This document shows, piece after piece, positions 49,186-58,171 of a stretch of 64,000 nucleotides of DNA; position 1 is the stretch's first letter, and each line of letters opens with the position of its first letter. The DNA comes from an uncultured Actinomycetes bacterium (lineage in GTDB: Bacteria; Actinomycetota; UBA4738; HRBIN12). Under the pieces are notes generated by a model. The model ran no database searches. It was not told where the DNA came from and saw only the letters and a program-made list of their open reading frames with translations. Location: contig OY969934.1 of NCBI GenBank assembly GCA_963704725.1, positions 1,600,001 through 1,664,000 on the forward strand. The letters run 5' to 3'. The translations under genes and the position numbers were made by a program.

Positions 49186-49869
49186 ATGTCGAGACCGATC
49201 CAGCGGATCGCTGAGGTGGCCGAAGACCAGTGGGGGCTGATCACCCGTCAACAGGCCGAGCAGGCCGGGGTGCCTTGGCCGACCCTCTCGCGTCTGACCA
49301 GGGACGGGCTGCTCGAACGAGCGGATCGGGGCGTGTACCGGATTCGCGGCGCCGACCCCCCGGACCACCTCTCGCTACGTGCCGCCTGGCTCCAGCTCGA
49401 TCCCACCGTGCCGGCATGGAGACGGCTCGACGATCCCAAGGTCGCCGTCGTCTCCCACACGTCCGCCGCCGCCCTGTACGGCGTCGGCGACCTTCGTCCG
49501 GACATCCACGAGTTCACGCTTCCGGTGCGTCGGCAGTCTCGGCGCAGGGACATCCGGCTCCATCGGGGAACCCTCGGCGGCGCCGACGTCCTCATGCTCC
49601 ATGGGCTCCCCGCGACGGTCGCCGGTCGAATGATCGGCGACCTCCTAGCAGACCACGTCGATCCGGTTGCCGTCGCCCAGATCGTCAGCCAAGTCCTCAC
49701 GCATCTGTACGACTACCCGAGGACCGTGGCCGACCGACTCGCGCCCTTCGCGGCCCGGTTCGGCCTCCGCCGCGGAGACGGAATCGGGGCGCTCGACCAC
49801 ATGCTCCGCCTGGCCGGCAGCCGCGAACGCGAGCTGCTCGTCGCCGAGGCGAAGGACCTGCCCCTGTGA
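49186..49869 (+). CDS. abiEi: type IV TA antitoxin AbiEi family
   Basis: QWGLITRQQA…L…GLLER…RGVYR winged HTH, VVSHTSAA. Confidence 0.88.
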   Translation: MSRPIQRIAEVAEDQWGLITRQQAEQAGVPWPTLSRLTRDGLLERADRGVYRIRGADPPDHLSLRAAWLQLDPTVPAWRRLDDPKVAVVSHTSAAALYGVGDLRPDIHEFTLPVRRQSRRRDIRLHRGTLGGADVLMLHGLPATVAGRMIGDLLADHVDPVAVAQIVSQVLTHLYDYPRTVADRLAPFAARFGLRRGDGIGALDHMLRLAGSRERELLVAEAKDLPL

Positions 49870-50774
49870 GCACGTCGCGGTATTCGACGCCGCAGGCGCT
49901 TCGCGCCGCCGTCACCGATCGACTACGCACGGTGGCCGACGCGCGGAGTGCGCAGCTGAGCGATCTCCTGCGGCAGTTCGCCTACGACCGCTTCCTCGCG
50001 CGGGTCTTCGAGCATGATCCCGACCCCTGGGTGCTGAAGGGCGCGACGGCGATGCTCGCTCGACTGGGTTCTGGAAGCCGTCACACGCTCGATGTCGACC
50101 TGTATCGATCGGCCGGGACGCTCGACGAGGCGGAGGAGGCGCTGCGTGCATCCGCGGCGCTTGACCTCGGCGACTACTTCCGCTTCGAGATTGCGCCGGG
50201 TCGTCGCATGGCTGGACCGATGGCGACACGCCGGCTCGCCGTCACGGCGTATCTCGGCGTGACCGAGTTCACGTCGTTCTCCGTCGACCTCGTCACGGAG
50301 CTGAACATGACCGCAACGCCGGAGTTTGTCGGCCCCCTCGTGGACGTCGATATCCCCGGCCTCATGACCTCCCGATATCGGGTGTATCCCGTCGTCGACC
50401 ACCTTGCCGACAAGGTGTGCGCCATCCACGAGGTCCACGAGCGGGTGGGTGCGCCGGCGGTATCGAGCACCCGGTATCGCGACCTCGCCGACCTTGCGGC
50501 GTTCGCCCGCACCGCAGTCGTGGAAGCCCACGCCCTTAAAGCTGCGCTTCGGTCCGAGCAGGTCCGGCGTGGCCTGAGGCTGCCGACCAAGATCACGATT
50601 CCCTCGGACGGCGGATGGCGCGCCGGGTATGCGCGAGTCGTGCGCGACGCGCACGGACTCGTCGACAGGGACATTGCGGCCGCGATCGAGATCGTGTCGC
50701 GCTTCATCAACCCTGTCCTCGACGGAACCGCCGCCGGTCGATGGGATCCCGTCCGGCTCACCTGGATGGGCTGA
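49866..50774 (+). CDS. abiEii: AbiEii/AbiGii nucleotidyltransferase toxin
   Basis: GTGA overlap; DRFLAR, WVLKGATA, RHTLDVD, ADK, STRYRDLADL. Confidence 0.9.
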   Translation: MSTSRYSTPQALRAAVTDRLRTVADARSAQLSDLLRQFAYDRFLARVFEHDPDPWVLKGATAMLARLGSGSRHTLDVDLYRSAGTLDEAEEALRASAALDLGDYFRFEIAPGRRMAGPMATRRLAVTAYLGVTEFTSFSVDLVTELNMTATPEFVGPLVDVDIPGLMTSRYRVYPVVDHLADKVCAIHEVHERVGAPAVSSTRYRDLADLAAFARTAVVEAHALKAALRSEQVRRGLRLPTKITIPSDGGWRAGYARVVRDAHGLVDRDIAAAIEIVSRFINPVLDGTAAGRWDPVRLTWMG

Positions 50775-50850
50775 GAGTGCGAGGGGTTGCCGCGAGGAAC
50801 TGGGAACGCGGCCCCGCGACGGACCGGGAACAACGGGAACCGATTCGGTT

Positions 50851-50880
50851 GGTCGCTGGTTCAAGTCCAGCCCGCCCCAC
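50851..50880 (+). repeat. attR-like copy of the tRNA 3' end
   Basis: identical to 48383-48412; upstream tRNA arms absent. Confidence 0.9.
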
Positions 50881-50949
50881 CGCGGAGAGGTGTCTGATTC
50901 CGAAGCCCAGGTCAGAGCCCCGCTCGGTGACCGGCGATGGCGATGGCGA

Positions 50950-51438
50950 TCAGATCGCCGCGCCCGGTTTCGCGACGATCTTCGGGAGCTCTCTGGCCCA
51001 GGACCTGATGGCCTCCCAGTCGCGGAGGTCTCGATCGGCATCCCACCGCGGCTTCCGGGGATCGACGCCGCCGAAGACCGTCATCCGCGCCGGCCGCAGC
51101 CACCCCCGCTTGGCGAGGTTGCGGGTGAGCTGGGCGCGCGATCGCTCCCAGGCCTCCTTTTCGGGCCCAAGGGGCCCCAGCCCGAAGACCGCGACGGGGA
51201 CCTTCAGCAGCTCCCTGCGGTGCCGCCTCAGGAACCGACGAGCGTCGCGATGCAGGCGTCCCGAGTAGATCGCACCGCCGAGCACGACCAGATCGTCGTC
51301 CTTGATCTGTTTGCGGACCTCACGCGCCGACCGCAGGTCGACCCGCCAGCCGAGATCGCACAGGGCGAACGCGATCTCCTCAGCCACCTCCTCGGTCGAC
51401 CCGTGTTTGGTCGCGTAGGCCACGAGGATTGCGCCCAT
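50950..51438 (-). CDS. flavodoxin-domain protein (HemG-like)
   Basis: ILVAYATKHGSTEEVAEEI, VVLGGAIY, FGG, DLRDWEAIRSWA. Confidence 0.85.
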   Translation of the reverse strand: MGAILVAYATKHGSTEEVAEEIAFALCDLGWRVDLRSAREVRKQIKDDDLVVLGGAIYSGRLHRDARRFLRRHRRELLKVPVAVFGLGPLGPEKEAWERSRAQLTRNLAKRGWLRPARMTVFGGVDPRKPRWDADRDLRDWEAIRSWARELPKIVAKPGAAI

Positions 51439-51571
51439 GCACACATCGTCCATCGGGGCCGCCCCGACGAACCAGGCCGAGGGACCCGCTTCGAGGGGGT
51501 GGTTTGCCGGGTGTCGCCCGCTGAGGGGCGCCGGCCCGCCGAGCGCGACCCCGCGGTGTCCCGGCACGGCA

Positions 51572-51606
51572 TCGGGGCTCGCCCAAGTGGATCGGGCGAG
51601 CCCCGA
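51572..51606. terminator. GC-rich hairpin after the membrane protein gene
   Basis: 13-bp stem TCGGGGCTCGCCC / GGGCGAGCCCCGA. Confidence 0.55.
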
Positions 51607-51630
51607 GGCTGGATCGGTCGAGCGATCGTG

Positions 51631-52239
51631 CTAGCGGGAGGTCCCCACGACGACCTCGTCCTCGATCGAGACCGATTCGCCCGCCACCGCGAAGACCTGC
51701 GCGTTCGGCGAGACCTTGCGAAGGTGCCGGAACCCCAGCACGCTCAGCACACCCATGATGGCCGCGAGCCCGAACGCCGCCAGGGATCCGATCAGGGCGA
51801 GCTGGCCGAACTTCCAGAACGCGTAGGCGTCCAGGAGCATCCCCCGCAGCGTGGTCCCGCGGAACAGCGTGTCCACCTGAGCGGCAAGCTCCGGGTCGTC
51901 CGGGTTCTCCCTGGCCAGGGTGCTGACCTCCGAGTACGTCTTGCCCTCGGCGATGCCCTGCAGGTGGACGAAGATGTAGTGGTTCGCGTAGGCCCGGGCC
52001 TGCTCGCCGTTCAGCAGCTGCTGGCCGGCGTACTGGCTCAGGTACGGCCCGATCTCCGGCGAGGCCAGCGACTCGCTGCCCGCCTCGGGGAAGTAGATGC
52101 TCTGGGCCTTCAGGTTCTCGTGGACCTGGCTGTTCGCGAAGCTGTAACCCCAGTACAGCAGCCCACCCGCGATGATCAGCACGGCCGTCAGCAGCACGCC
52201 GACGGACGAGACGATCGCGTCGAACGTTCGACGTGGCAT
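51631..52239 (-). CDS. conserved hypothetical membrane protein
   Basis: two TM regions around YAGQQL…QARAYANHYI…TLFRGTTLRGMLLDAYAF; RBS upstream. Confidence 0.75.
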   Translation of the reverse strand: MPRRTFDAIVSSVGVLLTAVLIIAGGLLYWGYSFANSQVHENLKAQSIYFPEAGSESLASPEIGPYLSQYAGQQLLNGEQARAYANHYIFVHLQGIAEGKTYSEVSTLARENPDDPELAAQVDTLFRGTTLRGMLLDAYAFWKFGQLALIGSLAAFGLAAIMGVLSVLGFRHLRKVSPNAQVFAVAGESVSIEDEVVVGTSR

Positions 52240-52364
52240 CTCCCTGACCTCCTTCTTCCTCGATCGGCTATGAGAGCAACGCTAGGCGGCCGCCCCGCCC
52301 CGGGCCCCTGCCGAGGTGCCCTTGCGGGCCCGTCCCCGCCCCCTTCGTTCGAAGGGGGGGTCCC

Positions 52365-52401
52365 GGTCCGTTCGGCCCGTCGCGGAGGGCCCGATCGGCC
52401 C
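52365..52401. promoter_or_regulatory. two candidate DosR/OsdR-type boxes
   Basis: GGTCCGTTCGGCCC (52365-52378) and GGCCCGATCGGCCC (52388-52401) resemble the GGGCCGATCGGCCC palindrome. Confidence 0.4.
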
Positions 52402-52556
52402 GACCGGGGGCACGGCGATCCACGCTGGGGTGAACCACCGAGCAGCTGGCACGCTTCGCCGAGGGTGTGCTGGCGACCGCGGTCCACGCGACGGAGGCTG
52501 AGCGCCTGGAGCCGGGCGCCGCCGTCAGGTACTGACCGTCCCTCGAGCCCGTTCGA

Positions 52557-53210
52557 TCAGGCGCGCGCCGCGATCCCGAGGTCGGCCATGATGACGCGGA
52601 CCCGCTCGCCGATCTCGTCGCGGATCGGACGGACCTCCTCCACCGGGAGGCCTGCGGGGTCGCCGACCTCCCAATCGAGGTAGCGCTTGCCGGGGAAGAT
52701 GGGGCAGGAGTCGCCGCAGCCCATCGTGACGATGACATCGGCGGCGCGCACGACCTCGTCGGTCCACGGCTTGGGGAACTCGCTCGAGATGTCGATGCCG
52801 ATCTCGGCCATCGCCTCGACGGCTGAGGGGTTGATCTCGCTGGCCGGGTCGGACCCTCCGGAGAACACCTCGACCTGATCGCCGGCGAGGTGCTGCATCC
52901 ACCCCGCGGCCATCTGCGAACGCCCGGCGTTGTGGACACAGAGGAAGACCACCATGGGCGTGGAGGACGCCGTCGTGGATTCGACGCGGGCGAGCGCCTG
53001 AAGCCGCTGCCTCGTGTAGCGCTCGACGAACACCGGGATGAACCCCGTGATGCGAGCTCGGGCCAGCGACTCGTAGGAATCCGCCATGAACCGTTGGATC
53101 GTCTCCTCGCCGAACGTGCCGGCGAACTCCCGCCGAAGCTGCTCGGCCGCGACCTTGATCAGATGACGGATCTCCAGAGGGGCGGCGGTCAGGGGATCGG
53201 TGAGGCTCAT
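52557..53210 (-). CDS. arsC: arsenate reductase (LMW-PTP fold) with N-terminal three-helix bundle
   Basis: CVHNAGRSQMA, TMGCGDSCP, DWEVGDP. Confidence 0.9.
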   Translation of the reverse strand: MSLTDPLTAAPLEIRHLIKVAAEQLRREFAGTFGEETIQRFMADSYESLARARITGFIPVFVERYTRQRLQALARVESTTASSTPMVVFLCVHNAGRSQMAAGWMQHLAGDQVEVFSGGSDPASEINPSAVEAMAEIGIDISSEFPKPWTDEVVRAADVIVTMGCGDSCPIFPGKRYLDWEVGDPAGLPVEEVRPIRDEIGERVRVIMADLGIAARA

Positions 53211-53914
53211 GGGCGTGACCTCCTCGGTCGGTGGGGCGGGCGGACGTGCGGGGCGAGGGTCTCGACGCGCGAGGTGATCCGGTGGAGCGCGTCGTCGAAC
53301 GCCGTGGGGGAGTCGGAAAGGGCCGGATCGGGGATCGACCAATGCAGGAGCCTGGCTCGCTCCGGAAGCGCCCCGAGCTCCTCCCTAGCGACGTCGCACA
53401 CGGTCACGACGAGGTCGGACCGCTCGGTGATCGCCTCGATCGATCGCGTGCGGGCGGCTCGCAGATCGAGACCGGCCCGGGCCGCGGCCTCGACCGCCTC
53501 GGGACGAACCTCCTTCGCCGGCCGGGTGCCCGCGCTCGTGGCCCCGACCACGTGACGCGCGTTCCACACCGCGGCGGCGAGCTGAGAGCGGGCCGAGTTC
53601 GCGCTGCAGACGAACAGCACCTGACGGGCCACGAGGATCGCGACGGGCTCGGCGATCGCGGCGAGCGCATCGGGGACGAGGCGGACGTACCGTCGCCGGC
53701 CGTCCCCGGCGGACGTCGTTCGCTCGACGATCCCCGCCTCCTGCAGCACGCCGAGGTGGTGGGCGAGGAGGTTGGACCCGATCCGCAGTGAGGCGCCGAG
53801 CTCCGATGGCGAGCGGTCGGAGATCGCGAGCTCGTCCACGATCTCCAGCCGGTGGGGGTCCGCGAGGGCCGCGTGGATCGCCGCGCGCCGTTCGGAGGAC
53901 AGCTCAATCATCAT
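53207..53914 (-). CDS. ArsR-family regulator fused to LMW-PTP/ArsC domain
   Basis: ALADPHRLEI…LAHHLGVL HTH; CSANSARSQ, VTVCD, HWSIPDP. Confidence 0.88.
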   Translation of the reverse strand: MMIELSSERRAAIHAALADPHRLEIVDELAISDRSPSELGASLRIGSNLLAHHLGVLQEAGIVERTTSAGDGRRRYVRLVPDALAAIAEPVAILVARQVLFVCSANSARSQLAAAVWNARHVVGATSAGTRPAKEVRPEAVEAAARAGLDLRAARTRSIEAITERSDLVVTVCDVAREELGALPERARLLHWSIPDPALSDSPTAFDDALHRITSRVETLAPHVRPPHRPRRSRP

Positions 53915-53933
53915 TGACGCAATGATGATTGAG
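53903..53933. promoter_or_regulatory. ArsR operator
   Basis: perfect 14-3-14 inverted repeat CTCAATCATCATTG-ACG-CAATGATGATTGAG over the start codon; TTGACA on minus strand at 53951-53946. Confidence 0.8.
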
Positions 53934-54033
53934 AGTCCTGCCTCCTGTCAAGAGCCGACTCGGATTCCCGGCGGGGGCTCGAGGGTCGTCCGGGCGTCAT
54001 CACAGGGCGGTGGGCCGCTCGTACACTCGCGCG

Positions 54034-55221
54034 ATGGTCGCCGGCAGGATCCCCGAGCGATACGTGGGGCTGTGCCTGCGCGTGGGCGCGCTGGACGAGG
54101 ACTTCGTGGACGCCTACATCGGACCGGCCGCGCTGATGGAGGAGGCCCTCGCGGACGGGCCCCACGACCCGCGGCGCCTTCGGGACGAGGCGCTGGCGCT
54201 CATCGAGGACGTGCCCGGCGAGGGCTTGGAGGACGACCGCGTCGCGTGGCTCCTCGGCCAGCTCCGAGGCATCGAGTGCATGACGGCTCGGCTCGCCGGC
54301 GAGGACCTCCCGTGGACCGAACAGGTGGAGCGCTGCTTCGGGATCCGACCTCAACACGTCGACGAGGACCTCTTCCGAGCCAGTCACGAGGAGCTCGACG
54401 CCGCGCTCCCCGGTAGCGGCGACCTGAGCTCGCGCTATCAGGCGTGGATCGAGGCCGCGGAGGTCCCCAGGGAAGACCTCCCACGTGTCGTCGAGGTCCT
54501 CAGTGCGGAGCTCAGACGCCGTTCCGCCGGGATCGTGGAGCTCCCGCCGGGAGAGCGGGTGGACTACGAGCCGGTCACCGGGGAGCCGTGGCAGGCGTTC
54601 AACCGCTACCGGGGAGAGCTGGCCAGCCTCGTGCAGCTGAACCTGGACGTGCCGCGGACGATCCTGGACGTCGTGGCCACCGTCGCGCACGAGTCGTACC
54701 CGGGACACCACACCGAGCGAGCCTGCAAAGAGGCGCTCCTGTATCGAGACCGGTCGCGGCTCGAGATGTCCGTGATGATCACCTCGGCGCCGGAGGCGGT
54801 CATCGCCGAGGGGATCGCGACCAACGCGCTGGAGGCGGTCCTCGGCGACGAGGGCTTCCAGGCGCTGCCGGAGATCGTCGGCGAGGTCGGCTTCCCGGTC
54901 GACCCCGCGGTCGCCGAGGTGGTGCACCGCGAGGAGCAGCGGCTGCTGGGGGCCGCCGCGAACGCGGCTCGCATGCTGCACGAGGACGGCATCACGCGGA
55001 CCGAGGCCGAGTCCTACCTCCGGGCCTGGGCCCTGGATCCCCCGGAGCGTGCCGCCAAGACCGTGACGTTCCTCATGGATCCGGGCTCGTGGGCGTACGT
55101 CACGGCGTACACCGACGGGTGGCGACTCTGCAGGTCGTTCGCGAACCGTCGGCGCGACGGGTTCAGGAGGTTGCTCACCGAGCAGCTGACGGTGTCGTCG
55201 CTCCTCGGTCCGCAGGCCTGA
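54034..55221 (+). CDS. DUF885-like protein (putative metallopeptidase)
   Basis: DAYIGP, HESYPGHH, EGIA, YVTAY motifs. Confidence 0.75.
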   Translation: MVAGRIPERYVGLCLRVGALDEDFVDAYIGPAALMEEALADGPHDPRRLRDEALALIEDVPGEGLEDDRVAWLLGQLRGIECMTARLAGEDLPWTEQVERCFGIRPQHVDEDLFRASHEELDAALPGSGDLSSRYQAWIEAAEVPREDLPRVVEVLSAELRRRSAGIVELPPGERVDYEPVTGEPWQAFNRYRGELASLVQLNLDVPRTILDVVATVAHESYPGHHTERACKEALLYRDRSRLEMSVMITSAPEAVIAEGIATNALEAVLGDEGFQALPEIVGEVGFPVDPAVAEVVHREEQRLLGAAANAARMLHEDGITRTEAESYLRAWALDPPERAAKTVTFLMDPGSWAYVTAYTDGWRLCRSFANRRRDGFRRLLTEQLTVSSLLGPQA

Positions 55222-55240
55222 ACACGAGCCGCTCCGACGG

Positions 55241-55274
55241 TACCGGCACGCTCGGCGAACGTGGCGTGCCGGTA
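55241..55274. terminator. hairpin between convergent genes
   Basis: 11-bp stem TACCGGCACGC / GCGTGCCGGTA. Confidence 0.55.
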
Positions 55275-55293
55275 TCCGTCCGAGGTGGGATCC

Positions 55294-55647
55294 CTATGAC
55301 ACCGTCCCGTGACAGTGCGTCACCTTGCTATGGGTGGGCGACGTCCCGTCGAGGTTGGAGTGATAGGTCCGCTCGATGTAGTGGCGGGGGTTCAGCGACA
55401 CGTTGAACGCCCGGAACGCGGAGTCCGAGGCGTTGTAGATCTTCAGCAGGCACCGGCCGTCGTAGCTGTCGTTGAACGACAGGTTCGTGATCCGAACGGT
55501 GACCCGCACGGTCTCGTAGTTGGTGTGCCGGACCGTGGTCCATCTGGTGTGCCAGCGGATGCGTCCGTAGTCGATGTGTGCCGACGCGGGAGCCGCGGCC
55601 GCGAAGAGCATGAGCAGGACGCTGCCGAGTACGACGAGTCTCTTCAT
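55294..55647 (-). CDS. hypothetical secreted protein
   Basis: MKR signal peptide ending ASA; two Cys; purine-rich RBS. Confidence 0.65.
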   Translation of the reverse strand: MKRLVVLGSVLLMLFAAAAPASAHIDYGRIRWHTRWTTVRHTNYETVRVTVRITNLSFNDSYDGRCLLKIYNASDSAFRAFNVSLNPRHYIERTYHSNLDGTSPTHSKVTHCHGTVS

Positions 55648-55724
55648 AGCACTCCCCTCTAGCGCTGAACGATGCTGGCACGCGCCCCCGGGGGAGTCAA
55701 CCTCGAGAGGTCGGGTTGGGGTAT

Positions 55725-57866
55725 TCACCCGACGGGCCGCGGTTCGCCGCCACGGCCGTCCGCTCGGCCCGGCCGGACGGTCTCGATGTGGGCGGGCTCG
55801 AGCACGACCCGGCGCCCCGAGACGTCGGCGACGGCACGGCGGTCCTTCCGAGGGTTCCACAGGCGAACCTCGAGCGCGCCGTCCCGACGTCGGACGTTCG
55901 AGAGCGCGGCGTCGCCGGCGAGCTCGAGCAGGCTTCCGGTCCCCGGGAGCGCGCCCCCGCCCTTGGCGGCCGCAACCAGGAGCGGGAGGGCGAACCGTTC
56001 CCACTCGGGCAGGAGGTCGTCCTGGACGGCGCCCGGTCGCAGACCGATCGCGAACGGCGTCGTCCCGATCATCTGCGCGCGCGGCGTGGGAACATCGGGA
56101 CCGGCCGAGAACGGGCGCGTCGCCAGGCGCTCGCGGCTGATCGTCCCCACGCACCGGAGCAGCGTGACGAGGAGCTCGCGGCCGGCGACCTCGTACTCGA
56201 AGACCCCCTCGTGGAACGCGGCGAGCCCCCCGGCGAGCAGGACGTGGCGGGCGGGCCACGTGGGCGAGGGCGCTTCGAGATCGCCGCCCTCCGAGTAACG
56301 AGGGCGCGTCACGAGCTCGAACGGCGAGCCGGCGACCGAGCCGTCCGCCGACGAGGGCATCGACACGGCCAACCGCAGCCGGTGATCGGGCCGGCGATTG
56401 TCCATCGTCCCCTCGAGGCGGTAGCCGCGCTCGTCCTGCCGGCGGCGAACCCGGGCCGTCACGACGAGCCCCGGCCACCGGGCCTCGACCTCGTCGCCCT
56501 TCACGGCGACGGCGCCGGGTGGCTCGGGCGCCTGTCCCTCGGTCGCGAAGCAGAAGTTGTAGAGATCGCCGACGTCGGGCTCGTCCAGGAGCGTGAAGCG
56601 GACGTCGCCGTCGATCGTCACCCCTGTTGCGGCGTCCGCTGCGAGCTCGACCCTGCGCCAGGCCGGCGAGACCGGCTCCGGGTCGACCCGCCATCCGAGC
56701 GCGGGGACGCCCTCGCGCTCGAACGGCGAAGGGTTGAACCGTACGATCCCCGGCACCGACATCTGCGCTCCGAGCGCCGAGAGCGCCTCCCCGACGATGG
56801 CCTCGCCGATCGCTCGGGCCTCCTCGAACCTGGCGTCGACGTCGGCCGCCACGCCGTCGTGCGAGCACCCGCACGCCGAGTCGTGGGCGCCGTTCCACAG
56901 CAGGAGCGTCCAGGCCCGATCGAGGCGCTCCTGCGGCCACGCGAACCCGGGCGCGAGCGCCGCGAGCGGCTCCGCGTAGCGCTCGATCAGCGTCTCGACC
57001 CTCCCGCGCTCCCGCTTCTGATCCGCACGCGCGGAGACGACGTTCGGCAGCAGGTGGGCACGGGCGGAGGAGCGGAGCTCGCCGCGCCACACGGGGAGCT
57101 CGATCGCAGGGTCCGCCTCCAGATGGTCGTTCAGCGATCCGATCCGCACCGTCGCGCCGCCGAGCTCGGGCCCCGCGGCTTCGAGACGAGCGGGGAGGTC
57201 GGCGTCCGGGCCCGAGTGATCGGAGCCCACGGTGATCAGCACGCGATCGTCGACCAGGAACGGCTCCAGGCGGGAGAGCTTGTCCCGCAGGGCCTTCCCG
57301 AGCTCGGCGGGATCCCGATGGCGATGGATGTCGCCGCCCATCGTGTAGCCGAACGCCAGGTACTCGGCCACCACGGAGCTGCCGTCGGGGGACTCCCAGC
57401 GGAACCTCGTCCGGTCGATGGATCGAGGGACGCCCCGCCACAGGACGGCGTGCTCGATGCCGGCCCGTCGCAGGATCTGTGGCATCTGGCCGATGTGTCC
57501 GAACTGATCCGGCAGGTAACCGATCTCGGTGGCGGGACCCAGGGCCCGGGCCCGGGCCAGTCCCATCTCGAGGTTGCGGATGTGCGACTCGCCCGACGTC
57601 AGGAACTCGTCCATCTGCGTCACCCACGGACCGAGCGAGAGCTTGCCCTCGGCCGCGAGGCGCCGGATGTCGGGCTCGCGCTCGGGCCGCACGGCGAGGT
57701 AGTCGTCGACCATCGCCGTCTGGCCGTCCAGGTGGAAGTGGGGGAAGCCGCGGTCCGCGAGGTCTAGGAGCGTGTCCATCATCACGACGAGCCGCTCGAG
57801 GAACACGTCGAACGGCTCGTACCACTCACGGTCCCAGTGCGTGTGCGGGACGAGCGTGACGAGCAT
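55725..57866 (-). CDS. glycoside hydrolase family 38 (alpha-mannosidase / MngB-like)
   Basis: VPHTHWDREWY, FHLDGQ, YLPDQFGH, WRG, HDSACGCS. Confidence 0.92.
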   Translation of the reverse strand: MLVTLVPHTHWDREWYEPFDVFLERLVVMMDTLLDLADRGFPHFHLDGQTAMVDDYLAVRPEREPDIRRLAAEGKLSLGPWVTQMDEFLTSGESHIRNLEMGLARARALGPATEIGYLPDQFGHIGQMPQILRRAGIEHAVLWRGVPRSIDRTRFRWESPDGSSVVAEYLAFGYTMGGDIHRHRDPAELGKALRDKLSRLEPFLVDDRVLITVGSDHSGPDADLPARLEAAGPELGGATVRIGSLNDHLEADPAIELPVWRGELRSSARAHLLPNVVSARADQKRERGRVETLIERYAEPLAALAPGFAWPQERLDRAWTLLLWNGAHDSACGCSHDGVAADVDARFEEARAIGEAIVGEALSALGAQMSVPGIVRFNPSPFEREGVPALGWRVDPEPVSPAWRRVELAADAATGVTIDGDVRFTLLDEPDVGDLYNFCFATEGQAPEPPGAVAVKGDEVEARWPGLVVTARVRRRQDERGYRLEGTMDNRRPDHRLRLAVSMPSSADGSVAGSPFELVTRPRYSEGGDLEAPSPTWPARHVLLAGGLAAFHEGVFEYEVAGRELLVTLLRCVGTISRERLATRPFSAGPDVPTPRAQMIGTTPFAIGLRPGAVQDDLLPEWERFALPLLVAAAKGGGALPGTGSLLELAGDAALSNVRRRDGALEVRLWNPRKDRRAVADVSGRRVVLEPAHIETVRPGRADGRGGEPRPVG

Positions 57867-58171
57867 CGCGGGCATCGTGACACACGGAGGCCACGCGGGG
57901 ACGTGCTCCGGCTGGTGCGGACCCAGTAGGGAAAGCACGCACGTCGGAGCATTGCCGCGCAGCAGGCTTACCGCCGATGCCGAATTGATTGGACGTGAAT
58001 CGTCCGCCTACCCTTGCATGCTTCGACCGGCAGAATCGGCCTCGACGCGAAGGGGGGGATGGCCTCGCCGGTCCGCCGTCAATTGCCGAGCGTGATCTGG
58101 TGTCCGCGCCCGTGGCGACCATTCGAAGTGGATGGGACCGGGCCGGAGCGCACGAAAGGGGAGATCTGCGC

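Larger units (their letters stand above)
48383..50880. mobile_element. tRNA-integrated genomic islet without integrase
   Basis: exact 30-bp direct repeat GGTCGCTGGTTCAAGTCCAGCCCGCCCCAC at 48383-48412 (tRNA 3' end) and 50851-50880. Confidence 0.85.

Noticed and set aside
50845-50885. Second tRNA gene
   Set aside because: Only the T-arm and 3' acceptor strand are present; treated as attR
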